DNA of 26,204 bases from Tubiluchus corallicola. Its lineage: Eukaryota > Animalia > Priapulida. The stretch covers positions 1-26,204 of the forward strand of contig JAQGDQ010001768.1 in NCBI GenBank assembly GCA_030141605.1, written 5' to 3'. The notes under the pieces are model-generated. The model worked only from the letters and a program-made list of their open reading frames with translations. It was not told the DNA's origin and did not search any database. This document shows, one piece after another, positions 1 to 9,299 of the stretch. The first letter of the stretch is position 1. Each line of letters starts with the position of its first letter. The position numbers and the translations under genes were made by a program.

Positions 1-89
1 TTTGTAGCTTTTCAAGTTAAAAAATATTTTTTTGTGATAATTCGAACACTACGTGTTAGTAAAATCACTGCGTGTAGTGATTTCTTGGG

Positions 90-108
90 TGGCCAACAGA
101 TGGCGACA
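90..108 (+). promoter_or_regulatory. CTCF-like motif TGGCCAACAGATGGCGACA (also 12002-12020)
   Basis: Close match by eye to the CTCF core consensus CC(A/G)(C/G)(C/T)AG(A/G)(T/G)GGC(G/A); no binding data. Confidence 0.45.
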
Positions 109-320
109 GTTGACTAAGATCCACTTACCTCGAAATGCCAACTCTCATATATTATCAGCAAGCGCCCATGATGCTTGCCTTGTAAGATTGTGACGTCATG
201 GTGATGACGTCATTAGAAAATGTGGACAATGTTTGTCAGAATAATAACTGAGCCTGTGGTACAGTAAGACAAATTAATAAAATCGTTCTTTTCCAAGCTT
301 CTTAAATGTGGAATTCTTTC

Positions 321-808
321 CTAGAGAACATGTTGGTAATTTAATTCAATTCAATACTTTTTTATTTGTCTGATTTGCATCACAAGGCATTACAACTATA
401 TACATAATAATATTAACAAGGTTACTAGAGAACATGGTGGTAATTAATTCAATTCAATTCAATACTTTTTTATTTGTCTGATTTGCATCACAAAACTTTA
501 CAACTATATACATAATAATATGAATAAGGTTACTAGAGAACATGGTGGTAATTCAATTCAATAGTTTTTTATTTCTCTAATTTGCATCACAAAACTTTAC
601 AACTATATACATAATAATATGAATAAGGTTACTAGAGAACATGGTGGTAATTCAATTCAATAGTTTTTTATTTGTCTGATTTGCATCACAAAGCTTTACA
701 ACTATATACATAATAATATTAATAAGGTTACTAGAGAACATGGTGGTAATTCAATTCAATAGTTTTTTATTTGTCTGATTTGCATCACAAAGCTTTACAA
801 CTATATAC
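321..808. repeat. 99-108 bp tandem repeat, 5 copies
   Basis: ctagagaacatg recurs at 321, 425, 533, 632 and 731. Length variation comes mainly from an internal (AATTC)n tract. Confidence 0.92.
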
Positions 809-1021
809 GTAAAACAGCTACGGTTTGCAAATTGTACAAATCAGCCCCGAGGAGAGTAGGAGCGTGAGCTTTCGAGACTCACCACGAGATGGCGCCAGCA
901 CACGTATGGTGCAGACTGAAAAATACATACAAAATAGCTCAAAGTTAAAAACAATATTCAGTTATAAAAACAATTAATGATAATAATACAGACAAATGAG
1001 ATTAGAGGTATTTAAAAACGT
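748..1021 (-). mobile_element. Dispersed repeat resembling the 3' UTR of a 5'-truncated non-LTR retroelement (CR1/L2-group-like), copy A1
   Basis: The minus strand has a small stem-loop (gtgag-tctcgaaag-ctcac), then AATAAA and a (TTGAA)n tail. The same ~280 bp recurs at ~8.8, 12.8 and 18.8 kb. The family assignment is inference only. Confidence 0.5.
882..898 (+). promoter_or_regulatory. CTCF-like motif CCACGAGATGGCGCCAG (also 8940, 12894, 18969)
   Basis: Close match by eye to the CTCF core; carried by the dispersed repeat. Confidence 0.5.
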
Positions 1022-1032
1022 ATTTAATATTT

Positions 1033-1185
1033 ATGTTCATGTTCATTAAACGTTCATGTTCATGAAATGTTCATGTTCATGAAATGTTCGTGTTCATGAA
1101 ATGTTCATGTTCATGAAATGTTCATGTCCTTGTTTATGTTCATGTTCATATTCATGTTCATATTCACGTTAATGAAATGTTCAAA
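1033..1185. repeat. Degenerate (GTTCAT)n microsatellite with GAAAT interruptions
   Basis: atgttcatgttcatgaaatgttcatg... seen directly. Confidence 0.9.
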
Positions 1186-2143
1186 TGTAGAATTATTCTT
1201 GCTGTGGCCTGATTTTGTCATTTTACGAATTACCAGTCTCTTTTTCGTACAGCATGACGTCACACGACTGACGATATGACGTCAGCATGACGTCTCTCAC
1301 GACTGAAGCCATTTTTCCACCTCCAAATGGCTGTGACTTTAACTGTTTCAATGCTTTTGCTTTACGTGTTTGACTAAAACTAGAAAGATTACAATTATCT
1401 TCCTAATTTCACTGAGATAATTAAGCAGTCATTCAGATGTGGAGTCTGATGAAGATGGCTCGTTTACTGTCTGCTTTACAAGCGTAAAATCAGTAAAAGA
1501 CGGCCCCTCTGGGTTCCCTACCCCACCCCCCGAGAGTCGTAAAGCCGTTAATGGTGCGCAGTAATTTGCTTATCCCTGCTTCTTTAACTCTTTCACATTT
1601 AGGGACACCCACGCGTGAAGCCATGGAGAATCTACAACGCTAATTTTTGCTGTTTCATTTTGTACTTGTGTTCAGCTAGAAATGAACCTTTTCACAGTTC
1701 CAGCGATTGATGATGATCGTGAAAAGGTCAAAGGTTAAGTGTTCCAGACAAAGCGTTTGTGTACATTTGACAACGCCTCGCAGCCATTGCTGTTGTAATA
1801 GTAACAGTCTTAACAGCAGTCTAGAACCTTGCTTAGTTCATTTTTCTGAACTGATGTGGCAGAAGGCTTTGTTTTACAAACATGTTACGTGACGGTTGTA
1901 GCTACCATCTTTATCGTCGTCATTCCCACCGTCATCGTTGTTATTATAATCATAATATATAATTAAAATAATGATAATAATGATGGTGATGACGATTATG
2001 TTTTGATTCATTTCAATTAATTTTGTTCATGTATCTTGTAACAGTGTAATGGTGCTTGTCAATGTATCTTCTGTCTTGCTTATTCTTTTTCAATTTTTTA
2101 TATTTTGTAATTTTTCTTTTGGTTGTAATGATGATAAGTAAAC

Positions 2144-2259
2144 TTATTATTATTATTATTATTGTTGTTGTTGTTGTTATTATTATTATTATGTTTATTA
2201 CTATTATTATTATTATTATTATTATTATTGTTATTATTGTTGTTGTTGTTGTTGTTATT
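2144..2259. repeat. Compound (ATT)n/(GTT)n microsatellite
   Basis: Seen directly. Confidence 0.95.
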
Positions 2260-2460
2260 GACATGTACAATTATACATTATACTACAGTGACATACACAC
2301 AACAAAACAACAACAAAATACAAAAGTACAAAACAGAGCTACTACATTATACCTGTTGAGACAAAAAAACACACGTAACAAATTTATGTAATCTTAGTAT
2401 AGATACAGGTAGCATAACATGAAAAATATAAAAAATTTTATCATCATTTACGTGTAAGCA

Positions 2461-2625
2461 AATGTTCATGTTCATGTTCATGTTCTTGAAATGTTCGTGT
2501 TCATGTTCATTATACGTTCATGTTCATGCTCACGAAATATTCATGTTCATGTTCATGTTCATCATAATGAAATGTTCATGTTCATGCTCACGAAATGTTC
2601 CTGTTCATGTTCATGAAATGTTCAA
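2461..2625. repeat. Degenerate (GTTCAT)n microsatellite
   Basis: Seen directly; precedes the second copy of the internal duplication. Confidence 0.9.
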
Positions 2626-3589
2626 ATGTAGAATTATTCTTGCTATGGCCTGATTTTGTCATTTTACGAATTACCAGTCTCTTTTTCGTACAGCATGACG
2701 TCACACGACTAAACATATGACGTCAGCATGACGTCTCTCACGACTGAAGCCATTTTTCCACCACCTCCAAATGGCTGTGACTTTAACTGTTTCAATGCTT
2801 TTGCTTTACGTGCTTGACTAAAACTAGAAAGATTACAATTATCTTCCTAATTTCACTGAGATAATTAAGCAGTCATTCAGATGTGGAGTCTGATGAAGAT
2901 GGCTCGTTTACTGTCTGCTTTACAAGCGTAAAATCAGTAAAAGACGGCCCCTCTGGGTACCCTACCCCACCCCCCGAGAGTCGTAAAGCCGTTAATGGTG
3001 CGTAGTAATTTGCTTATCTCTCCTTCTTTAACTCTTTCACATTTAGGGACACCCACGCGTGAAGCCATGGAGAATTTACAACGCTAATTTTTGCTGTTTC
3101 ATTTTGTACTTGTGTTCAGCTAGAAATGAGCCTTTTCACAGTTCCAGCGATTGATGATGATTGTGAAAAGGTCAAAGGTTAAGTGTACCAGACAGCGCGT
3201 CTGTGTACATTTGACAACGCCTCGCAGCCATTGCTGTTGTAATAGTAACAGTCTTAACAGCAATCTAGAACCTTACCAAGTTCATTTTTCTGAACTGATG
3301 TGGCAGAAGGCTTTGTTTTACAAACATGTTACGTGACGGTTGTAGCTACCATCTTTATCGTCGTCATTCCCACCGTCATCGTTGTTATTATAATCATAAT
3401 ACATAATTAAAATAATGATAATAATAATGGTGATGACGATAATGTTTTGATTCATTTCAATTAATTTTGTTCATGTATCTTGTAACAGTGTAATGGTGCT
3501 TGTCAATGTATCTTCTGCCTTGCTTATTCTTTTTCAATTTTTTATATTTTGTAATTTTTCTTTTTTGGTTGTAATGATGATAAGTAAAC

Positions 3590-3801
<212 letters not shown>

Positions 3802-4139
3802 TTAACACAATTAATGCTGCAAAAGCGTTTCAGATAAATAAATAATAGGTTAAACATTTTATTAAATTTTATGGAATTTTAAATTCACCGCTGTGCTCAT
3901 GCATTACCTGACGAACGTGTGTAGTTCGTCACAAACTAACACATCTGAACTGAGAGGTACAGCAATTGTTTTCGTGCAATGCGTTTCCGTAATGCAGGCG
4001 CTAGTGCCCGTCCAGTTAGCGAATGATGAAATGCGTGTAACAGGACAGAACTAGTGGCACGAACGCGAAATTGTGTTTGTGTGGTAATAATTCTTTCACT
4101 CTAGTGCTAACTAAAGATCTTTTGTTTACCTTTTCTGAT

Positions 4140-5210
4140 TTGGTTCTACATGGTCACTTTCGCCATCTAGTGCTAGTTAGAGACACTACATTTCATTTTC
4201 TAATTGTGCAAGTTATGGGAGTAGAGTACAGCAGACACAACACAGTTCTTTTTTAATAATTTTTTCCGTTTCCCTTTTCTACATGGTCACTTCCGCCATC
4301 TAGTGCTAGTTAGAGACACTACATTTCATTTTCTAATTGTGCAAGTTATGGGAGTAGAGTACAGTAGACACAAGACAGTTCTTTTTTAATACTTTTTTCC
4401 ATTTCACTTTTTTACATGGTCACTTTCGCCATCTAGTGTTAGTTAGAGACACTACATTTCATTTTCTAATTGTGCAAGTTATGGGAGTATAGTATAGTAG
4501 ACACAAGACAGTTCTTTTTTAATACTTTTTTCCATTTCCCTTTTCTACATGGTCACTTTCGCCATCTAGTGCTAGTTAGAGACACTTTCATATTTAGTAG
4601 TTTTTACTGTACTCTACCCTCATAAATTGCACAGTTTTTTTTTCTGTTTCCCGTTTTTTGTTTACCTTTTCAGATTTGGTTCTACATGATCACTTTCGCC
4701 ATCTGGTGCTAATTAGAGACATTAAATTTCATTTAGTGCTAGTTAGAGACACTTTCATATTTAATAGTTTACATTAATTTCAATTTATGAGAGTAAAGTA
4801 CAGTAGACACAGCACAGTTTTTCCTAATTTGTTTGCCTTCTCAGATTTGGTTCTACATTGTCACTTTCGCCATCTAGCGTTAGTTAGAGACACTTTCGTA
4901 TTTAATAGTTTACAATAATTTTAATTTATGAGAGTAAAGTACAGTATACACAGCACAGTTTTTCCTAATTTGTTTGCCTTCTCAGATTTGGTTCTACATT
5001 GTCACTTTCGCCATCTAGCGTTAGTTAGAGACACTTTCATATTTAATAGTTTGCATTAATTTCAATTTATGAGAGTAAAGTACAGTAGACACAGCACAGT
5101 TTTTTATAATTTGTTTGCCTTTTCAGATTTGGTTCTACATGGACACTTTCGCCATCTAGTGCTAGTTAGAGACACTACATTTTATTTTCTAATTGTGCGA
5201 GTTATGAGAC
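4140..5210. repeat. 133/141-bp satellite, 8 monomers, each with a CTCF-like core
   Basis: cgccatct(a/g)g(t/c)g at 4161, 4294, 4427, 4560, 4697, 4868, 5009 and 5150. Spacing is 133 on the left and 141 on the right. Confidence 0.9.
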
Positions 5211-5865
5211 AATTTTTTAACATGTTTTCCGTGTATAGAAACTGTATCCTCGAGCTCTATTGATCGCTAATCATGATTTAAGATCTTTCTTTTTTCAGTA
5301 GTGGTCCAGCTCTTGTTTGCATTTTAATAAATAAATTATATATTATATAGTTGCCTGTAGTGAAGAAACTATTGCAACACGCTGATTTTGTTCAAATATA
5401 ATAATAGTTTATTAACGTGATTGATGGTAATTTGAAGCAAACATAGGCCTAATAATAAACGAATTGTACGTACTATAATGAGTAAATATCAGAATAATAT
5501 CGAAGTATATTCACCAGTGAAGAAAAACACAGGTATACAAAAATACAAATTTAACAAAAAATGTATCTGTAACACAATAATATCAGAAACAAGTGAAATA
5601 ATTATTCAAATGATGATGGTAATCGTAAAGTCATTATACAGGTGGGCCAAAAAAATTATCGTCAAATTATTTAATAAAAGGCTCGTTAACTTTAACCAAA
5701 AAACCATAAGCTTGCAGATGACGTCATTATTAATGGCATAAATGACGCAGCTAGTGATTATAAAAAAACATGGGAGGTTGTAGCTGCAAAAGAGGCTACA
5801 GGTGACTTTTCAACATCAACAACAGTGCCCTCTGTAATTTCCTCTATCGTCGATGCACGATGATG

Positions 5866-6209
5866 AAAAAAAGCACAATTATTGTATACTATACGATGTA
5901 CCTAGGCCTAAAAAACACAATTATTGTATACTATACGATGTACCTAGGCCTAAAAAACACAATTATTGTATACTATACGATGTACACAGGCCTAAAAAGC
6001 ACAATTATTGTGTACTATACGATGTACCTAGGCCTAAAAAACACAATTATTGTATACTATACGATGTACCTAGGCCTAAAAAACACAATTATTGCATACT
6101 ATACGATGTACCTAGGCCTAAAAACAACACCATTATTGCATACTATACGATGTACCTAGGCCTAAAACACAATTACTGTATACTATACGATGTACCTAGA
6201 CCTAAAAAA
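5866..6209. repeat. 42-bp minisatellite A (aaaaaacacaattattgtatactatacgatgtacctaggcct), 8 copies
   Basis: Monomer cores at 5874, 5916, 5958, 6000, 6042, 6084, ~6128 and ~6168. Confidence 0.95.
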
Positions 6210-6413
6210 CAACTCGATTAGTTCTGGTATTTTCTCTGTGTTGGCTATAAGTTGACCAAAATCTTGAATGAAAAAATGTTGAAGAACAAGGAGATTTACG
6301 AATGCCAAATCATACGATACAGCTTGTACGTGACATTGTTATGCTGATCATAATCAATCATGACAAACCGACTTACTTCTTCAAAATGGGCGGCAACGTA
6401 CGGGGTGTAAATA

Positions 6414-6419
6414 TTTATT
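6414..6419 (-). promoter_or_regulatory. Putative polyadenylation signal AATAAA of paralogue 1
   Basis: Plus-strand tttatt ~65 nt past the stop codon; conserved in copy 2. Confidence 0.45.
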
Positions 6420-6483
6420 GGTCTATAAACAATCAATCGTAATCGTGAAAGCATCAGTTTCAAGGAATGATTTTCCTTTCAAT

Positions 6484-7752
6484 TCATTTTCTAAGCAGCA
6501 TCAGAACTTTTAACCGAAATTTTCCATCATTAATAAACCCGGAAGCAGGGTCCATGACGGTTCTAAACTGTGCAATATTTCTTGCATCCCAGTACTTTGT
6601 ATCTTCATTTAGGACAGTTTTGAGTGACCTTTGTGGATTATTGTTAATCACTTCAATGTAACTGTTCTTACAAATGCTACGAGAAGAATAGGAATGAACT
6701 GCTAAATTCAAGCAACAGCCTTTACCATGGTTATCTCCAGTATTGGAGCAGTTTCTATCATTACATCTGGAAAGCCAAATGTCAAGCTCATCAGCATGAC
6801 CAATGATTGCAGTCTTTTCTGATATAGGAAGTGCACATAATATTCCTAATCTATCAATTTTCTTAACAGGTACAGCACACATGACTGACACTTCTGCGTA
6901 GTTTCTCTGCGTTTTTGGAAATATTGATTCTGATGTCTCTTTTTGATGGTGATTGATAAAAACATTCAGTTGCTCCTTGTCATTTAATATTCCAGTTGCT
7001 ACCGGTCCTTTGATGAATAACTCTGGATCCATTGTGGGAAATCTGATTTGAAACAAGATGTCACATAAGACTGTTCTCTTGTTGAACACATTTTGCTCTA
7101 GTTTCTTTCGCTTACATTCAGCATCAGCCCATCTTAAAACTGCATCAAATAGTTTCCCCTCTTCACTAATTGTCAGTTCATCAAGTTTGACAATCCTCAA
7201 TAAGCTGTCGTAGCTCAAGGAATTAAAACTGTCGGACTCTATAACTGCTTCCGTCTCGATACTAATAACCTCCAAACAGTTCCTCTCTACATCTCGTCTT
7301 TCATAGAAACAAGCAGCTGTCAGAATGGTACAGACATTGTCAGTTGTGATTTCAGATTTAAGGAAATCAACAGCCATTTTTTCAAGTTCACGAATGTTGT
7401 ACTTTTTAGCTAAATAAAGTATTGAAAGAACATTATCACCAGTTAATTCAGCTTTGTCAGTATAAATAAACCTCAAAAGCAGCAGGAACACTTCAGGTTC
7501 AACATCGGTTATTGGTATGACATCACCAAGTTTATGACACAGCGGCCCAAACAGCATCCTCTTAAAAACGTCACTTCTGAGTGCAAGTAAGTACCGACTA
7601 GCGTTGATGATGATTTCACCAACTGAAAAAGTTGCATCACATAATTCCTGGAAATCTTCGTTACCAAAAACATAATCGTGTCTCTCGTTCCAGTTACCCA
7701 TCGCATCAACCCTTTCAGCTGGAGTTTGCGGCTCGTCTAATGAAGTTGCCAT
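6484..7752 (-). CDS. BTB/POZ-BACK protein with C-terminal MATH/TRAF-like domain (putative Cullin-3 substrate adaptor), paralogue 1, 422 aa
   Basis: BTB motifs: CDATFSVG, SRYLLALRSDVFKRMLFG, IPITDVEPEVFLLLLRFIYTD, LYLAKKYNIRELEK. BACK motifs: SFNSLSYDSLLRIVKLDELTISEEGKLFDAVLRWA, ILFQIRFPTM, as in the BTBD1/2/3/6 type. The C-terminus YW..NIAQFRTVMDPASGFINDGKFRLKV resembles the last strands of MATH domains. The ORF is non-repetitive and conserved in the second unit. Confidence 0.93.
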   Translation of the reverse strand: MATSLDEPQTPAERVDAMGNWNERHDYVFGNEDFQELCDATFSVGEIIINASRYLLALRSDVFKRMLFGPLCHKLGDVIPITDVEPEVFLLLLRFIYTDKAELTGDNVLSILYLAKKYNIRELEKMAVDFLKSEITTDNVCTILTAACFYERRDVERNCLEVISIETEAVIESDSFNSLSYDSLLRIVKLDELTISEEGKLFDAVLRWADAECKRKKLEQNVFNKRTVLCDILFQIRFPTMDPELFIKGPVATGILNDKEQLNVFINHHQKETSESIFPKTQRNYAEVSVMCAVPVKKIDRLGILCALPISEKTAIIGHADELDIWLSRCNDRNCSNTGDNHGKGCCLNLAVHSYSSRSICKNSYIEVINNNPQRSLKTVLNEDTKYWDARNIAQFRTVMDPASGFINDGKFRLKVLMLLRK

Positions 7753-7820
7753 TTCTTTTGCTAATAGAATTTTCTGACCTCTCTGCTGATCGAGAACTTG
7801 TATAAATGGCTGGTGTAACT
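7753..7820 (-). other. Putative splice acceptor plus 66-nt exon segment upstream of the ATG (copy 1)
   Basis: The minus strand reads ttatttcatgtcgtgtctgtAG|ttacaccag... (AG = 7820-7819). The 66 nt to the ATG are identical in both units and open in frame (LHQPFIQVLDQQRGQKILLAKE). Divergence between units starts just upstream. Confidence 0.5.
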
Positions 7821-8568
7821 ACAGACACGACATGAAATAATTTGCACTTTGTCCTTTTTATCAGTTTTTTGCTCTACAATCATTAAAGGTAAACATACAG
7901 TCATAATTTTATACATCCACGCTGCCTCGCCTTGTACAAACAACTAACTGTACACTCTTTGTTAACTTGGTTTATAAACTTATGACACCAACTAAGAAAA
8001 ATAACTCTTCACTTTGTCTAGTATCATGTGTAACTCAGCATCTTGTCCCAACTTCATTTGAAATTAGAATAAGTTCAAGTATCTTTCAATGCTAATCAGA
8101 ACTCTTTTAAAATTTAAAGCAAGAAATGAAAAACAAATTGAAGAGATATATTATTATTAAAATCATTTTATTTTATTCGTGAAACGGGGCTAAACCGGCT
8201 GAGGATCCTACACCTCAAAACAATGTAAACTATGAAAGTTGAAAGGAAAATACTATTTTTTCAAGAATTACTCAGTGAAAGAATTATTAGCACAGAGTTG
8301 AAATTGCATTCGCACCACAAGTTCTTCGCGGTTAAACCTCTTGCACAAAAAGCAGTGCTGTCCCACTTAGTTCAAATGTGTTCAGGTGTGACGTGGTGCA
8401 CACGTTATCTCAGGTGTGAGTTCAGCTGTAAACTTGAATCTTGAAATATAAACTTAAAATTTGTCAAGTTTTCATATGTCATTTTCACACTGAATGATAT
8501 ACAGCAGCACTGTACTTCAATTTTTTCTTTCCATAAAAAAATTAGGCCCACTCGTTGTGCCATCCTAG

Positions 8569-8734
<166 letters not shown>

Positions 8735-8736
<2 letters not shown>

Positions 8737-9079
8737 CACAAAACTTTACAACTATATACATAATAATATTAATAAGGTTACTAGAGAACATGGTGGTAAT
8801 TCAATTTATTTCAATTTAATACTTTTTAATTTGTCTGATTTGCATCACAAAGCATTACAACGAGAATAAAAGCAGCTAAGGTTTGAAAATTGCACAAATC
8901 AGCCTCGAGGAGAGTAGGAACGTGAGCTTTCGAGACTCACCACGAGATGGCGCCAGCACATGCATGGTGCAGACTGAAAAGTACATACAAAATAGCTCAA
9001 AGTTAAAAACAATATTCAGTTATAAAAACAATTAATGATAATAATACAGACAAATGAGATTAGAGGTATTTAAAAACGT
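8735..9079 (-). mobile_element. Same dispersed LINE-3'-like repeat, copy B1, abutting (ATT)n
   Basis: Matches ~685-1021 up to ...gtatttaaaaacgt and includes ~1 copy of the 99-bp monomer. Confidence 0.5.
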
Positions 9080-9299
9080 CAATTAGCAGGTATCAAATCA
9101 AATATTTGCTTTTTAAAACGCTGTAATTGAATGAGCCTATCGTTAGTAATTCATAAAAACATTTTTTACATCTGATATAAAATTATAAGTTGATATAAGG
9201 CAGTGTACTTTAGTAAATAAATAGAAATTAAAACTACAAAATTCGTAAAAAAAGTAAATTGCAGTTTTTAAAACGTCATGCGGCATTTTTACTTTCGCG

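Noticed and set aside
1446-1475. CTGATGA suggesting a hammerhead ribozyme (Penelope-type); also CTGAGGA near 8199
   Set aside because: No stem II followed by GAAA and no stem III/UH arrangement could be built.
1707-1892. 61-aa ORF present three times (also 3151, 13722)
   Set aside because: Conservation reflects recent DNA duplication; several differences are amino-acid changing and there is no recognisable motif.
3975-4075. Short hairpins near CTAG suggesting a Helitron 3' end
   Set aside because: Stems are only ~6 bp, spacing is atypical and no matching 5' end was found.
5478-5860. 87/128-aa plus-strand ORF, and a minus-strand stretch reading STIEEITEGTVVDVEKSPVASFAATTSHVFL* that could be a terminal-exon remnant
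   Set aside because: The plus ORF is frameshifted between units. The minus stretch has no visible acceptor or recognisable homology. Insufficient support.
5853-6221. (KKHNYCILYDVPRP)n ORFs
   Set aside because: Translation of minisatellite A; the frame is broken by A-tract length changes in both units.
9080-9150. Minus-strand peptide RLIQLQRFKKQIFDLIPAN* resembling a LINE ORF2 C-terminus
   Set aside because: An in-frame stop lies a few codons upstream and no RT motifs are present; too weak to call.
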